Assembly (NCBI RefSeq): GCF_006345805.1
Contig: NW_021833263.1
Span: 15,693-79,692 of the forward strand
Reading direction: 5' to 3'
DNA from: Octopus sinensis
Taxonomy: Eukaryota
DNA length: 64,000 nt
A model generated the notes under the pieces. That model had not been told where the DNA came from and did no database searches. It saw only the letters and a program-made list of their open reading frames with translations. The first letter of the stretch is position 1. Each line of letters starts with the position of its first letter. Positions 1 to 13,414 of the stretch are shown one piece after another. Made by a program: the position numbers and the translations under genes.

Positions 1-92
1 TGAAGGAATGTTACTAAATATAATCATCAAAGTGTCTTTAGCAAAGTATAAAATTAAGCTTGGTTCTTTTTTGGCGAACTGCGAGACAAATC

Positions 93-148
93 AACACCGG
101 TTGTCAAGCGGTGCTGGGGGATGGTCAAAAAGAGAAACTGACACACAT
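93..148 (-). mobile_element. Fragment of CORE-type SINE family B (internal body)
   Basis: CAACACCGGTTGTCAAGCGGTGCTGGGGG is the reverse complement of the body seen in full copies at 59618-60025 and 40397-40789. Confidence 0.6.
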
Positions 149-208
149 GTATGTATGTATGTATGTATGTATGTATGTATGTATGTATGTATGTATGTAT
201 GTATGTAT
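147..208. repeat. (TATG)n microsatellite
   Basis: Direct reading; its last TA is the Tc1 insertion site. Confidence 0.95.
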
Positions 209-211
209 ATA

Positions 212-985
212 CAGGGGTTGGTCAAAATAATGGAAACACCTTCAAATTGCAAATTTATTAACAAATTTATTTTAATATCGGGTAGGACCGCGTTTAACAG
301 TAATTGCAGCTTGAATTCTACGAGGTATGGACTCGTACAAAGTTTGAATTGTTTCCAAAGGAATTTTCTTCCATGCTTCAGCTAAAACAGTCTCCTGTTC
401 TTGTAGGGATTATGCTGAAGGATATCGACTCCTTACTTGTTTATATAAAATGTACCATAAATGTTCGATAATATCAAGATCTGGGGACCGTGGTCGCCAG
501 ATAGGATGTTCAACTTCACTAGAATGTCCCTCGTGCCATTCAGTAACAACTTCAGCTGTGTGAATTGGTGCATTATCATGAATGATTGCGTTTCCCTCCG
601 GAAACAGTTCTGCAACCATAGGATGAATTTAACAGTTGGAAGAAGGCAGTCTGGGTCAAATGCTTCTTTTGGCTGTCCCCACACATATACTCGGCCGGTG
701 GTTGGAAATAAGGTAAAGGATGACTCGCCCGAGAAAATAACATTCTTCCACTGCTCTAGGGACCAATTCTGTAGGTTTTTGCCCCGCTCTAATCGTTTTG
801 AAACGTTTGTTTTTGAAAGTAGTGGTTTTCTGATTGCAGCCTTTCCGTGAAATCTGGCTTTGTGCAGCTCCCGGCGAACAGTTTTCGTGGAAACTTGGTT
901 CTCGAGGTGGTCATTAAGCACAGCAGTAATTTAGGGAGCTCTACTTTTGTGATCCTTTCTAACAATTTGTGTAATGATCTATTGC
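212..985 (-). mobile_element. Tc1-family transposon remnant (one terminus plus broken transposase)
   Basis: TA|CAGGGGTTGGTCAAAATAATGGAAACAC terminus at 212. Minus-strand motifs KTVRRELH...RKPLLS, VIFSGES (FSDES), DNAPIH and RSPDLDIIEHLW. An in-frame TAA lies near 930, and a deletion with frameshift joins LLPTVK directly to HPMVAELFP near 625. Confidence 0.92.
410..980 (-). pseudogene. Tc1 DD34E transposase pseudogene
   Basis: ORFs 433..921 and 410..619 are two frames of one broken transposase. Homology extends upstream through TQIVRKDHKSRAP*ITAVLNDHL. Confidence 0.9.
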
Positions 986-1218
986 GATTTTCGACGTATA
1001 TGAATATTTAGTGGCTCTTATTGACCATTTCTTAGAAGTATTGCTATCTAAATCCGTCTATTCTACTACTAAACGAACAAGAACAAAGTACAGAGTAAAA
1101 TATCCTTCTCTGAAACATAAATGAATTGTCGGCATTAGATTTGAAATTAAAAGCTCGTACTTTACTGCTGATGTTTTATCGTTTCACTGATTTAGCTTCG
1201 ACTTCATAGAGCTTTCAG

Positions 1219-1468
1219 TAACGATTCTCAAGCATTTTTTTATCTATGGACCTCTTTGATTTCTATCTTACTCAGATGGACCCTCTTAGCCATTCAATGT
1301 TTAAAAAATCCCTACTATATTTTTTATAATCAAATGTTATTAGAAATTGTATAAAATAATCATTAAAATATTTTCTGTTTTGTAGAAGTATAAAAAATTG
1401 ATAAATTTTAACAACAAAATCTAATAGGGAACCCCAGGGGCCGTATAGACCCCATTTCGGAACCACTG
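1219..1468. mobile_element. Probable hAT-like MITE (degenerate)
   Basis: Right end reads CAGTGGTTCCGAAATGGGG on the minus strand, a hAT/Charlie-like terminus. Left end TAACGATTCTCAAGC is degenerate. Flanks GCTTTCAG and ACTTTAAT match only 5/8. Confidence 0.4.
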
Positions 1469-3095
1469 ACTTTAATTTTCATGAAACTTAAATCTTTCGT
1501 CAACAGTTCTCTATCCGTTCATTGTTCTTTGTTTATAAATTATCCCATATTCATGTTGAAATCCAGTTCCAGATATACACTCAACACTCTTTTTCACCTT
1601 TCAAGTCAGATTAATTATGTACCAATAATACCCAAGGGTCGCTTCACTGGAATATAAACTTTCCTTAACGCATTCCAACGTCTTATACTTCAAAGGCAGC
1701 TAAAAAAGAAAAATGTTCTCCATATACACTTAAACTTTTGACCACCCTATATTCCAATTTCAAACTTTGTTGGGGTGCCAACAACATGCTGCCCTCCAAG
1801 ACAAGCAAAATCTACATGAGAATTCAGTCAAAATTGATCTCCTAAATATATCATCGCTGTCTTTGAACACAGTTGAGTTAAATGCATTGCTAAACACATC
1901 TGTGACTCAGTTTTTCAGTTTTTTTTTTCGTTGCTTCATTTGTGTTACTTCGCCTTAACTAATTTTATCTTCTGTTATGCTAATTATCAAATCCAAGATT
2001 ATTCGTAACTGTTTTCCGGTAACAACTGATCTGGTTGGTTTAAATAGTCCGTACTATACTGATGAGGCCTAATGGAACAAAACGTGTCTACACTTGTTCC
2101 CCTTGTCTGCAAATATAAGATTTTTTTTCTTTTAAATATAAGGAGTTGATACGTAATTTCTTGAAATAGTTTTCATTTTCTAAAACTCACTAAGAATTGC
2201 TGCCAGAAAAATTTTAATTCATTTCCCTTTGATTTAATTATCTCACTTCATGCCATTGATCTATTTGAGTAATTTCCTTTACCTTATTGTGGCGTTAATA
2301 TTTTAATGATAGACATAAACATTATAAAAGTTTACTTATCCGCATCCTTAAAATGACTAAGGTGTGCAGAGTATGATAAAAAGCCTCAGACATTTTATAG
2401 GTTGTCAAACATTTCGACGAGAAAGACCCAATGTGAACCAGTTTAAACCATAATGGTAACTAGTGCTGTGGGAATGGTAAAACATTAGCTCTACGAAGAC
2501 ACCAGTGATACCAGCCTAACATCATTAGCACCACACAAATGGCTGTGTAAAATACGAAAGGTTCTTCTTTTTATTACATCCTGTGTTTCGATTCTTTATC
2601 TCAAGGAAAGTCATGATTGTCACACGGAAATTATGGAATCCAAATTTATGCAAGGATTATGTAGGAAGAAGGGCAAATATTTTCAAGATGGTGTGATGAT
2701 CTTATGTCACCACAAAACATTTTATTGTGCAGCAGTGGTCAGGAAGATAAAAGCAATAAACGAAATTGCTTTCTGATAAGCATAGCATTGTTAGATGGGG
2801 GTGGTAAACCCACCATCAAGAGATATTGAAAGGAGCTCTGATATAACTGTGAAATTCATTACCACCACCATCACCACCACCTCCACTACTACTATGATGA
2901 CGATGATGACGATCATGATGATAATGACCACGATGACGGAGACAGGATTAAATTGATAGTAATGTAGAAAACGATGGTAACACTGATGATAACGATGACA
3001 GTGGGGATTTCCATGTTGTTTTTTTATTGTACAACCCAAGGTAAGCTCTGAACAGACAAACCTATACAACATTGGTAGTTAGTGAAGCAGAGATG

Positions 3096-3783
3096 GGATC
3101 TTTGCTGTTTGGTTGCCAGCGGCTCCAAAAATTAAAGTTTACCGAAATCTTTTTTAATTTAGCACAATAATGCACTTGCCCAAACTGAATCGTTGGAGAT
3201 ATTTCATTTTTTACAGAAAAATGTTTTTAAAAAATTATGGAGATTTAAAGATTGATCGTTTTTACCCAATCAGGAAACAGAATTTGGAAGCTGTCATTTT
3301 GTGCGTGACTGCACATTTTGTCGTCAACATACTGAAAATAGCACATGTTGTCAATATTTGTAAACAACACATGTTATGTTTCCGGTAATTTTATTTCATG
3401 TAAAGAAATCTTATTTAGCTATTATTTTTAGCACACCTCACAAGCACCCCAATGCTCAATGACAAAAAGAAACGAGTAAACAAAATTGCTGTCAATAGGT
3501 GCTTCCTCGAAAACTTTTCAAAGACTGTTACTATGGCATCAGGCAAAAGAGTTCTCATGTTACTATCGAAACGGACATGAATGTGTCTGTGGCTTACGAT
3601 TGGCTAAAATTACGAAAATTTTCAAACTTTAATTATTAATAACTATTTATTTATTGATTTATAGCGAAAATTACTTTCACGTCATTAATTCGCCTCTAAA
3701 TTTGTATCATTACGCTGAATATGAAATCAATTCGAACAGAAAATTGTCGCTGGCAGCCGCTGGCAACCAAACAGAAAAGATCC
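3096..3783. mobile_element. GG-terminated MITE with 8-bp TSD (Merlin-like)
   Basis: 29-bp TIRs GGATCTTT(G/T)CTGTTTGGTTGCCAGCGGCT with one mismatch. Flanks CAGAGATG (3088-3095) and CAGAGGTG (3784-3791) match 7/8. Confidence 0.85.
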
Positions 3784-4501
3784 CAGAGGTGTGCCATCCA
3801 CAAATAGTCTTAGAGACCTCCTATACGACCGTTCGTTAAAACACCCCCGCAGTCTCCACCAGCCTCGAGTGGTTTATAGTTTTGGTAGCACAAACATGTA
3901 ACACCAACTGTTCAGTCTCTGGCAATATACCACGTGATTCTGAGATAGAGAAAAGTGACTCTATTAGGGAGTGACAATTAATTTTCTTTAACATTGTTAT
4001 TGGTTGTGGCATCTCAGCACAGTATTTAGTGAAAACGAAGTTGGTTATTATTGCTGCTACTGCTGCTGCTGTTTTTCTGTATAGGCGTTTCTGCTTGGTT
4101 TTTCGGAAGCCCTTTGTGTCTGTGTTTCTAATACATCACTTCCTGTTTATTAAATAAATATTGTCCCTTGAACACTATGCTACTCACAACTTCAAAGTAA
4201 TAAAACACTTGTTAATTATACAGTTTCTACCGCCTCGGGGAAAAGCGATAGTTATCTTTAGAGCTGACCATGTATTCTATGTGAGTCTTATTCTATATCA
4301 TATGGAAGCGTGTATTTTGTCTGATGCATTCTATGTGTCTTGTGTATTCTATATTGCTGTATATTCGAAGTAATTTGTATATTCTATGTGGATGCATATA
4401 CTATATATGTTCTTTATTCTTTGTAGCTGAGTATATTCTATGTGACTTTATATTTTATGGAGCTTTGCATCTGTATCATATCTATAAAAGGCATGATGTG
4501 T

Positions 4502-4519
4502 GTGAGTGTATGTGTGTGT

Positions 4520-4565
<46 letters not shown>
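4502..4565. repeat. (TG)n microsatellite
   Basis: Direct reading. Confidence 0.9.
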
Positions 4566-4569
<4 letters not shown>

Positions 4570-5106
4570 ATTGCAATTTATGCACATCCACAAATTAGCA
4601 CGCATGTCGCTCAAAGTTTAGGAGGACATTCGTCAACATCCTATCTGGGTATTGTCAACTTATTTTTTCCCCGAGGCACCCGCGGATAGCGTAAAAATCT
4701 ATTTTCAGTTATAGCTTTTACCCATAAAATATATCAGCCATATCTCTTTTGAAGGCTTCTAACAAAAAAATAAGATAAAGAAAAGTGGAAGAAGGAGGCA
4801 GAGAGTTTCACGGGAAAGACAAAGTGAGAGAGGGAGAGAGAGAGAGAGAGAGAGTGACGACATTCATAAAAAATAAAATGTAAAATGTTTTGTTTTTTCT
4901 TAAACACGAGATATAGCGTTCAAATTCAGGATGATTTTGAAAGACACTATATTTTATAATCATAGTATATATACTTTCTCACACAACAATTATAATATAT
5001 TTATTTTAAATCATTTATTTATTTTAAATCGTCCATCTTTCTCCCCCACCTCTCTCTCTCTCACACACACATTACTTTGGGTGTGAAAAAGTTTTGTTTT
5101 TATTTT

Positions 5107-5746
5107 ACGCCGTTTCGGGTAGATCGAGCTGGTTTCCTTGAACGTTTCCCAATCCAGGATGAGTGTTGGCTTCATCACTTTGAGCCAGAGACAAAGAGAC
5201 AATCCATGGAGTGGAAACACTCCCTCTTCAACTGCTCCAAAGAAGGTCAAAGTCATGCAGGGAACATGACGGCTTCATCTTTTGAGGCTGCAAAAGGCAT
5301 TATGTTTATTGGGGCTGCAAAAGACATTGTGCTTATCAATGGACACCGCTATGCCTACTTGCTGAAACAGTTACAAGAGGCTATTAAGATCAGGAAAACT
5401 GACGAAAGAGATCTTGCTTCATCAGGACAATACTCCAGCACGTAAGTCCTTGGTTTCGAAGCCTGTTGTGCATGACTGTGGCTATGAACTGGTTGATTAC
5501 CCTCTATATCCTCCTAATTTGTCCTTATTCCTCAACATGAAAAAGCATTTGGGAACGAGTATCGCAGTGATGATGACGTCATATCGGTTATTTACGACTC
5601 TTTTGGTCAAGAGGATGAAAGCTTCTTTACCAATGGGATACAAGCACAGCAACACTGATGGGATAAGCGTATGGACTGCATGGGGCCTTTCCTCACATTC
5701 CTTAAGAGTATCTTGGTCAGCCTATCAACGTTTCAGCCAAATCTCG
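5107..5746 (+). mobile_element. 5'-truncated mariner element with frameshifted DD34D transposase remnant
   Basis: QDECWLHHFEPETKRQSMEWKH, LHQDNTP, YPLYPPNLS and LFLNMKKHL are mariner DETW/HDNA/YSPDL equivalents. TIR-like end ...TTTCAGCCAAATCTCG|TA at 5746. Confidence 0.88.
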
Positions 5747-5908
5747 TATGTCTGCTGCTTTGATTGTCAATCAAACACGTTGATACCATTTGATTAACAG
5801 ATCAGGGCCTGTTGAAATATTCTAGCGAGCGGTTCTTTCTTCTCGCCATATTGTCATCTGCATGCCTTGCTAGACACAAATCATTAATTAATAACACAAA
5901 CTTAGTAA

Positions 5909-6092
5909 GGCGGCGAGCAGTTAGAATTGTTATTGTGCCGGGCAAAATGCTTAGCGGTATTGCGTCCGTCTTTACGTTCTGAGTTCAAATACTACCGAAA
6001 TCGACTTTGCTTTTTCATCCTTTCGGGGTCGATATAACTGATTTAACTCCTTTTCCCGGACTTGCTGGCCTTGTCTCAAAATTTAAAATCAA
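5909..6092 (+). mobile_element. tRNA-derived SINE family A
   Basis: Head GGCGGCGAGC..., B-box GAGTTCAAAT and body CATCCTTTCGGGGTCGAT, shared with more than 10 copies in the window. Confidence 0.85.
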
Positions 6093-6194
6093 TTACACTA
6101 TGTTAATGCTTCTACTATCCCAGCAATGATACACACTACTATCTCTTACTCTTTCTCTTTCTTTCTATCTCTCTCTACTCTGCCTCTCTATCTT

Positions 6195-6298
<104 letters not shown>

Positions 6299-6839
6299 AC
6301 ATATTTTAGGTAGAAAGGAAAGTTATTTTTAGCTGGATTTTGGATATTTTCCTTCCATTCCTAGTAACATCCATCCCTACTTTACAACAGGACTAATTAT
6401 GTCAGTATATTACTTTAGTTGTAGCAGAATATTATTGTTTTGTTCTTCTCTACTCGCAGTTCTGATCGTTGCCGTTATTTTTGCACCAGTTGTTGCAATT
6501 GTCGTTGTTATTATCGTTATTGTTGTTGTACTTATTGTTGCTGTCGTTATTGTTGTTCAGCACACTCACACACATACACATAGACACACACACACATACA
6601 CACTTTCTTAGTCGATCCTGATCGATCAAACTTATGATCAAAAGTATCAGTCAACCAGTCCTGACCATCCAGCCTCTACTCTAGACATAATGTACCTTGG
6701 ATAATACTATCTAATGTGTCCTTTTCTTCGCAAACATATTGCTATCCAGGATGTGTTTCTTCTTGTTGTTGCTGTGGCTTATTTGCTTGTTTATCGCCAT
6801 TATTTTTTCCCTTGCAATAAGCGTTGTTCGTTGTGTCAA

Positions 6840-7570
6840 TGTTTCTATTGGTGGTGGTGGTGATAGTCGTGGTGGTGGTAGTTGTGGTGGTGGCAGTATT
6901 GGTAAAGGTGGTAGCGGTAAAGGTCATGATAGTGGTAGTGGTTGTAGTAGATATCATTGTGTAAAATAATGTTGTAGTGGTGACGGCGGTGGTGGTATTG
7001 GTAGAAGCGCTAGTTGAGGTAGTGGTAGTGGTGGTAGAGGTCTTGGTAGTGGTGGTAGAAGTGTTGGTAGAAGTGATGGTTGTGGTGGTGGTGGTGGTGG
7101 TTGTGATGGTAGAGTTGGTAAAGGTGGTGGTGGTGGTGGTGGTGGTGGTGGTGGTGGTGGTGGGGTGGTGGTGATGGTGGTGATGGTGGTAGTGGTAGTG
7201 TTGGTAGAGGTGATGGTAGTGGTGGTGTGGTTGTGATGGCAGCGTTGGTGAAGGTGGTGGTGGTAGAAGTGTTTGTAGAGGTGATGGTAGTGGTGGTGGT
7301 GGTTGTGATGGCAGCGTTGGTAAAGGTGGTGGTGGTGGTGGCGGTGGAGATTGAGGTGGTGGTAGAGGTGACCGACGCCAGCGGCATTGGTGGCAAAGGT
7401 GGTACTGGTGGTGGTGGTGATGGTGGTGGTACTGGTGGTGGTCATGGTTGTTGTACTGATGGTGCAGTGGTGGTGCTGGTGGTTGCATTCGTTTGCAGTG
7501 TTATTGGCGCCGCCGTTGTTGGTAGTATTGACGTATATTGTAAGAATTGTGTTTTCTGTAGGCATTTTTT

Positions 7571-7622
<52 letters not shown>

Positions 7623-7734
7623 GGTGGGGGGTTGTAGTGGTGGGGTGGGGGTGGTAGTAGTAGTAGTAGTAATAGTAGTAGTAGTAGTAGTAGTAGTAGT
7701 AATGGTGGTGGTGGTGGTGGTGGTGGTGGTAGTG

Positions 7735-7787
<53 letters not shown>

Positions 7788-8064
7788 CCTGATGTATGTC
7801 GTTACAGTCGGAGTATTAATTTAGCTATATTTTCCTTCTTTTTATCGTTATTCTTCATGTTCTTTATGTTTTTTGTTTTTTACCTTTGTTCGCGTCCTTG
7901 TTTTTTCCCTTCTTCCTGTTTACTATTATTATTGCTATTGGTATTATCAATATTATTGGGGTTTTTTTTCGGCGCTCTCTCTAATCGTTTGTTTGTTCTT
8001 CTAATTGTTGGTCTTATTTTCGTTCTTCTTCTTATTATTACTATTATTATTATTATCATTATTA

Positions 8065-8129
<65 letters not shown>

Positions 8130-8472
8130 GTTGTTGTTGTTGTTGTTTTGTTATTATTATTATTATTATATTATTATTATTATTGCTATTGTTGTTGTTG
8201 TTGTTGTTGGTGGGGTGGTGGTGGTACTTTGTTCGATGTATTTTAGTATTTTTTTCGTTATTCTTGCTGTTGTTGATTGCAGTGCTGTTTTGTTGTGCAT
8301 GTGATGGTTAGTGATGATGTTGGTGTTATTGATATTATAATTGTTGTTGTTGTTATTGTGGCGCTGATGATATTGGTGATGCTGTTGTTGGTGGTGGTGG
8401 TAGTGGTGGTGGTGTTAGTGGAGTGGTGTTACAGCTATTTTCTAGCCGTGTTCTGTAGTAGTAGTAGTAGTA

Positions 8473-8516
<44 letters not shown>

Positions 8517-8661
8517 TAGTGGTGGTGGTGGGGTGGTGGTGGTGGTGGGGTGGTGGTGGTGGTGTGGTGGTGGTGGTAGTAGTAGTAGTAATAGTAGTAG
8601 TAGTAGTAGTAGTAGTAATGGTGGTGGTGGTGGTGGTGGTGTGGTGGTGGTGGTAGTGGTG

Positions 8662-8717
<56 letters not shown>

Positions 8718-9012
8718 CCTGATGTATGTCGTTACAGTCGGAGTATTAATTTAGCTATATTTTCCTTCTTTTTATCGTTATTCTCATGTTCTTTATGTTT
8801 TTTTGTTTTTTACCTTTGTTCGCGTCCTTGTTTTTTCCCTTCTTCCTGTTTACTATTATTATTGCTATTGGTATTATCAATATTATTGGGGTTTTTTTTC
8901 GGCGCTCTCTCTAATCGTTTGTTTGTTCTTCTAATTGTTGGTCTTATTTTCGTTCTTCTTCTTATTATTACTATTATTATTATTATCATTATTATCATTA
9001 TTATTATTATTA

Positions 9013-9044
<32 letters not shown>

Positions 9045-9116
9045 TATTATTATTATTATTGTTGTTGTTGTGTTGTTGTTGTTATTTTATTATTATTATT
9101 ATTATTATTGCTATTG

Positions 9117-9148
<32 letters not shown>

Positions 9149-9380
9149 GGTACTTTGTTCGATGTATTTTAGTATTTTTTTCGTTATTCTTGCTGTTGTT
9201 GATTGCAGTGCTGTTTTGTTGTGCATGTGATGGTTAGTGATGATGTTGGTGTTATTGATATTATAATTGTTGTTGTTGTTATTGTGGCGCTGATGATATT
9301 GGTGATGCTGTTGTTGGTGGTGGTGGTAGTGGTGGTGGTGTTAGTGGAGTGGTGTTACAGCTATTTTCTAGCCGTGTTCT

Positions 9381-9460
<80 letters not shown>
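6840..9460. repeat. Compound trinucleotide low-complexity block (GGT/TAG/TTA/TTG) containing a ~930-bp tandem duplication
   Basis: Unique marker CCTGATGTATGTCGTTACAG occurs at 7788 and 8718. Marker TCTAGCCGTGTTCTG ends at 8455 and 9381. Confidence 0.9.
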
Positions 9461-9462
<2 letters not shown>

Positions 9463-10189
9463 CAGCAGCGGCAGCAGCTGCAGTGGTGGTGACGGAGGTT
9501 CTGGGTATAGTTTATGATCATCATCATCATTATGGTAGGAGTGTCACTATTGTCGGTGTTTGCTACCAATAGATGTATTGGTGCTGGTGAAGATAGTGGT
9601 TATGTTGCTGATGCTGTTGGTCGTAGCAATAACACGGGAGTTGTTTTGAAGACTAAAGATATTGCTGCCAGTGTTTATGTTGTAGTTGTTATTGGTGTTT
9701 GTGCCGCTGCTGTTATTGTTGTTGTTGTTGTTGTTGCTATCTCACTCTGTGATCTTTTACTCTCTTCTCTTTCTATATCCGTTTGTTATTTATGTATTGC
9801 TATGTTTGTTGCTATTTATTGTTATTTTTGTTGCAGTTGTTTTATTACTGCTGTTGTTTATTGTAATATTTTAAATTGTTTTTCTTCGTCGTTTTTAGAT
9901 TTTGTTCCAAAATTCATTTACTTGTGTTTGTTTAAGACATGCCTTCTTTTTTGTATTTTTTATACATTTTTGATTTTTGTCTTTTTATGCTTTTTTTGTT
10001 TTAAATTATTTCATGGTTGATACTGTAGTTTTTATCGCACCAACACATTCAGAGCAATATAGCACCGTCACCTTGGCAACCACCCCATCTATCATTACCA
10101 CTACCATCATCAACAGCTACACCAGCAGAGTCATCATAGAAATTATCACCATAAAGACTACAGTCACTGGCTACATTATCATAGTCACC

Positions 10190-11650
10190 AAGAGCAACAT
10201 TATCAACACCAGCCACATTATCATAGCCAACACGAACATTATCAACACCAGCCACATTATCATAGCCAACACGAACATTATCAACACCAGCCACATTATC
10301 ATAGCCAACACGAACATTATCAACACCAGCCACATTATCATAGCCAACATGAACATTATCAACACCAACCACATTATCATAGCTAACATGAACATTACGC
10401 CACTAGTCACATTGTCATAGTCAGCATTAACATTTTCAGCTCAACATTATCATAGCAGATAAGAGCATTATCAAGACTAAATATATCATCATAACTAACA
10501 TGAACTTTATCAATACCTCACATTATCAAGACCAATATGAACATTATCAACACTAGCAACATTATCATAGCCAACATGAACATTATCAAGACTGGGTACA
10601 TTATCATAACCAATATGAACATTATCAACACCAGTGACATTATCATAGCTAACATGACTAGTATCAACACCAGCGACATTATCATAGCTAGCATGAACAT
10701 TATCAAAAGACTAAATTCATTATCATAACTAACATGAATAGCCAACAGGGACATTATCAACACTAGCCTCATTAGCATAGCCAGCATGAACATTTTAAAC
10801 ACCAGCGATATCATAGCCAACATGAACATTATCAAGACTAAATACATTATCATAACCAACATGAACGTTATCAACGCCAGTGACATTATCATAACCAACA
10901 TGAACGTTAACGTCACCAGCTACATTGACATAATCAACATTATCAACACAGCCACATTATCATAGCCAACATGAACATTATCAACACCACCACATTATCA
11001 TAGCTAACATGAACATTACGCCACTAGTCACATTGTCATAGTCAGCATTAACATTTTCAGCTCAACATTATCATAGCAGATAAGAGCATTATCAAGACTA
11101 AATATATCATCATAACTAACATGAACTTTATCAATACCTCACATTATCAAGACCAATATGAACATTATCAACACTAGCAACATTATCATAGCCAACATGA
11201 ACATTATCAAGACTGGGTACATTATCATAACCAATATGAACATTATCAACACCAGTGACATTATCATAGCTAACATGACTAGTATCAACACCAGCGACAT
11301 TATCATAGCTAGCATGAACATTATCAAAAGACTAAATTCATTATCATAACTAACATGAATAGCCAACAGGGACATTATCAACACTAGCCTCATTAGCATA
11401 GCCAGCATGAACATTTTAAACACCAGCGATATCATAGCCAACATGAACATTATCAACACTAGCAACATTATCATAGCCAACATGAACATTATCAAGACTA
11501 AATACATTATCATAACCAACATGAACGTTATCAACGCCAGTGACATTATCATAACCAACATGAACGTTATCAACGCCAGTGACATTATCATAACCAACAT
11601 GAACGTTAACGTCACCAGCTACATTGACATAATCAACATTATCAACACCA
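10190..11650. repeat. 39-bp minisatellite with a 621/699-bp higher-order duplication
   Basis: Unit AACATTATCAACACCAGCCACATTATCATAGCCAACACG. Marker CATTACGCCACTAG at 10393 and 11014 (offset 621). Marker CGTCACCAGC at 10911 and 11610 (offset 699 = 621 + 2x39). Confidence 0.92.
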
Positions 11651-12269
11651 ACTATATTTCATTGTATGTTACCGAGAATCCTGTTAAACTATTTTGAGGC
11701 CCTGTGTTTTTCGCCAGCGACTGACGATTCCAGCGTCACTGACCAAAGTACTTAGGTTACTTAAACCAGTTCACTAAATCTTGTACGAATGTACACTCAA
11801 GATTTTACTTTAGTACATTACAATCAATCAATGAAATAGTTCTGCTTTTGTTGTTATTTTTTCAGAATGCAATAGAATATAAAAGCAAGTCCGGATCATA
11901 GCCATGATGGTGATTCTACATCGTAATAACACGTTTCATGTGAGCCTCGTTTTCAGGTCAATGTTCTGTATTAATTCTCACTGGTCATTAAACCTTAAAC
12001 TACGACCAATTGTTTGTCAGTAGAGACTGTCTTGCTGCTGGTCACTCACTCTGGCAGAGTGACGTCAAAACAGATAGGTCAGGGACGTAGTGGGGATGTT
12101 GTGCGAACGTAAATATTGATCGATTCATATTTTCTGTAGCCTTACAGCGTTTATATTTATATCTCATTCTATCTGTCTGCCTGTCTGTTTGTCCCTCTCT
12201 CTCTTTCTCTAGCTTTCCCTCTCTTTGTCTCTCGGCACACAGACACAAAACATAAACATATGCTTATGC

Positions 12270-12436
12270 ATATCTATATGAGTATGCGTAAGTGCGTATA
12301 CGTGTATATGTATATGAGTATGTATATATATATGTAATATGTGTATATACATATATATATATATATAAATACACATACATATGGATATACACACACACAT
12401 ATATATACACATATACATATTTACATATATATATGC

Positions 12437-12493
<57 letters not shown>

Positions 12494-12524
12494 GTATGTA
12501 TATAGATATATATACACACATACA

Positions 12525-12560
<36 letters not shown>

Positions 12561-12578
12561 GTATATATATATATATAT

Positions 12579-12622
<44 letters not shown>

Positions 12623-12867
12623 CATGAGTGGTGGTTGAAATTTTTGTGCAACTAAATATATAAGCAAATGTACATTTATATGTGTGTGTGTGTGTGTGTG
12701 TAAGTGTATGTATATACACATGCACACGCACACGAACACGCACACACACATGTATGCATATGTAGAAGCGAGACAGGCAGGAAAAGACAGATATTGATAC
12801 AGATTGAGAGACAACGAAACAGAAAGAAAAAGGGGAATAGAAAGAGAGAGAGAGAGAGAGAGAGAGT

Positions 12868-12930
<63 letters not shown>

Positions 12931-13110
12931 TGAAACGTGGAAAGACGATATAACTTTGTAAAAAAACGTGAACTGTTCTGATCTATTGTTCAATATATCG
13001 TATTGAATATTCAATGTGCTGAATTGACTTCACAGCTTTTGATTATAGTTACTATTATTATTGCTATTTTTTCGTTATTCTAGTAGTAGTAGTAGTAGTA
13101 GTACTACTAC

Positions 13111-13150
<40 letters not shown>

Positions 13151-13341
13151 TTTGTTGTTGTGGTTGTTGTTGTTGTTGTTGTTATTATTATTATTATTAT
13201 TATATTATTATTATTATTATTATCATCATCATCATCATTATTACTGATGTTATCATCATCATAATCATTTTAGTATTATCATTACTATTTGTGTAACCTC
13301 TGATATTTTTTTAAATTGTTTTCACTTTTTCTTACGTTATG

Positions 13342-13414
<73 letters not shown>

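Noticed and set aside
1720-1750. TTTTGACCACCCTATA as the second TIR of the Tc1 at 212
   Set aside because: Only the outer ~16 nt resemble it, with gaps, and the interior diverges. It more likely belongs to another element.
2400-2830. Possible Penelope RT remnant on the plus strand
   Set aside because: Only a vague resemblance; no recognisable YxDD or GxxMG motif survives.
11867-11940. Plus-strand exon candidate (TTTTTTCAG ... GTGAGC)
   Set aside because: Stops in all three frames.
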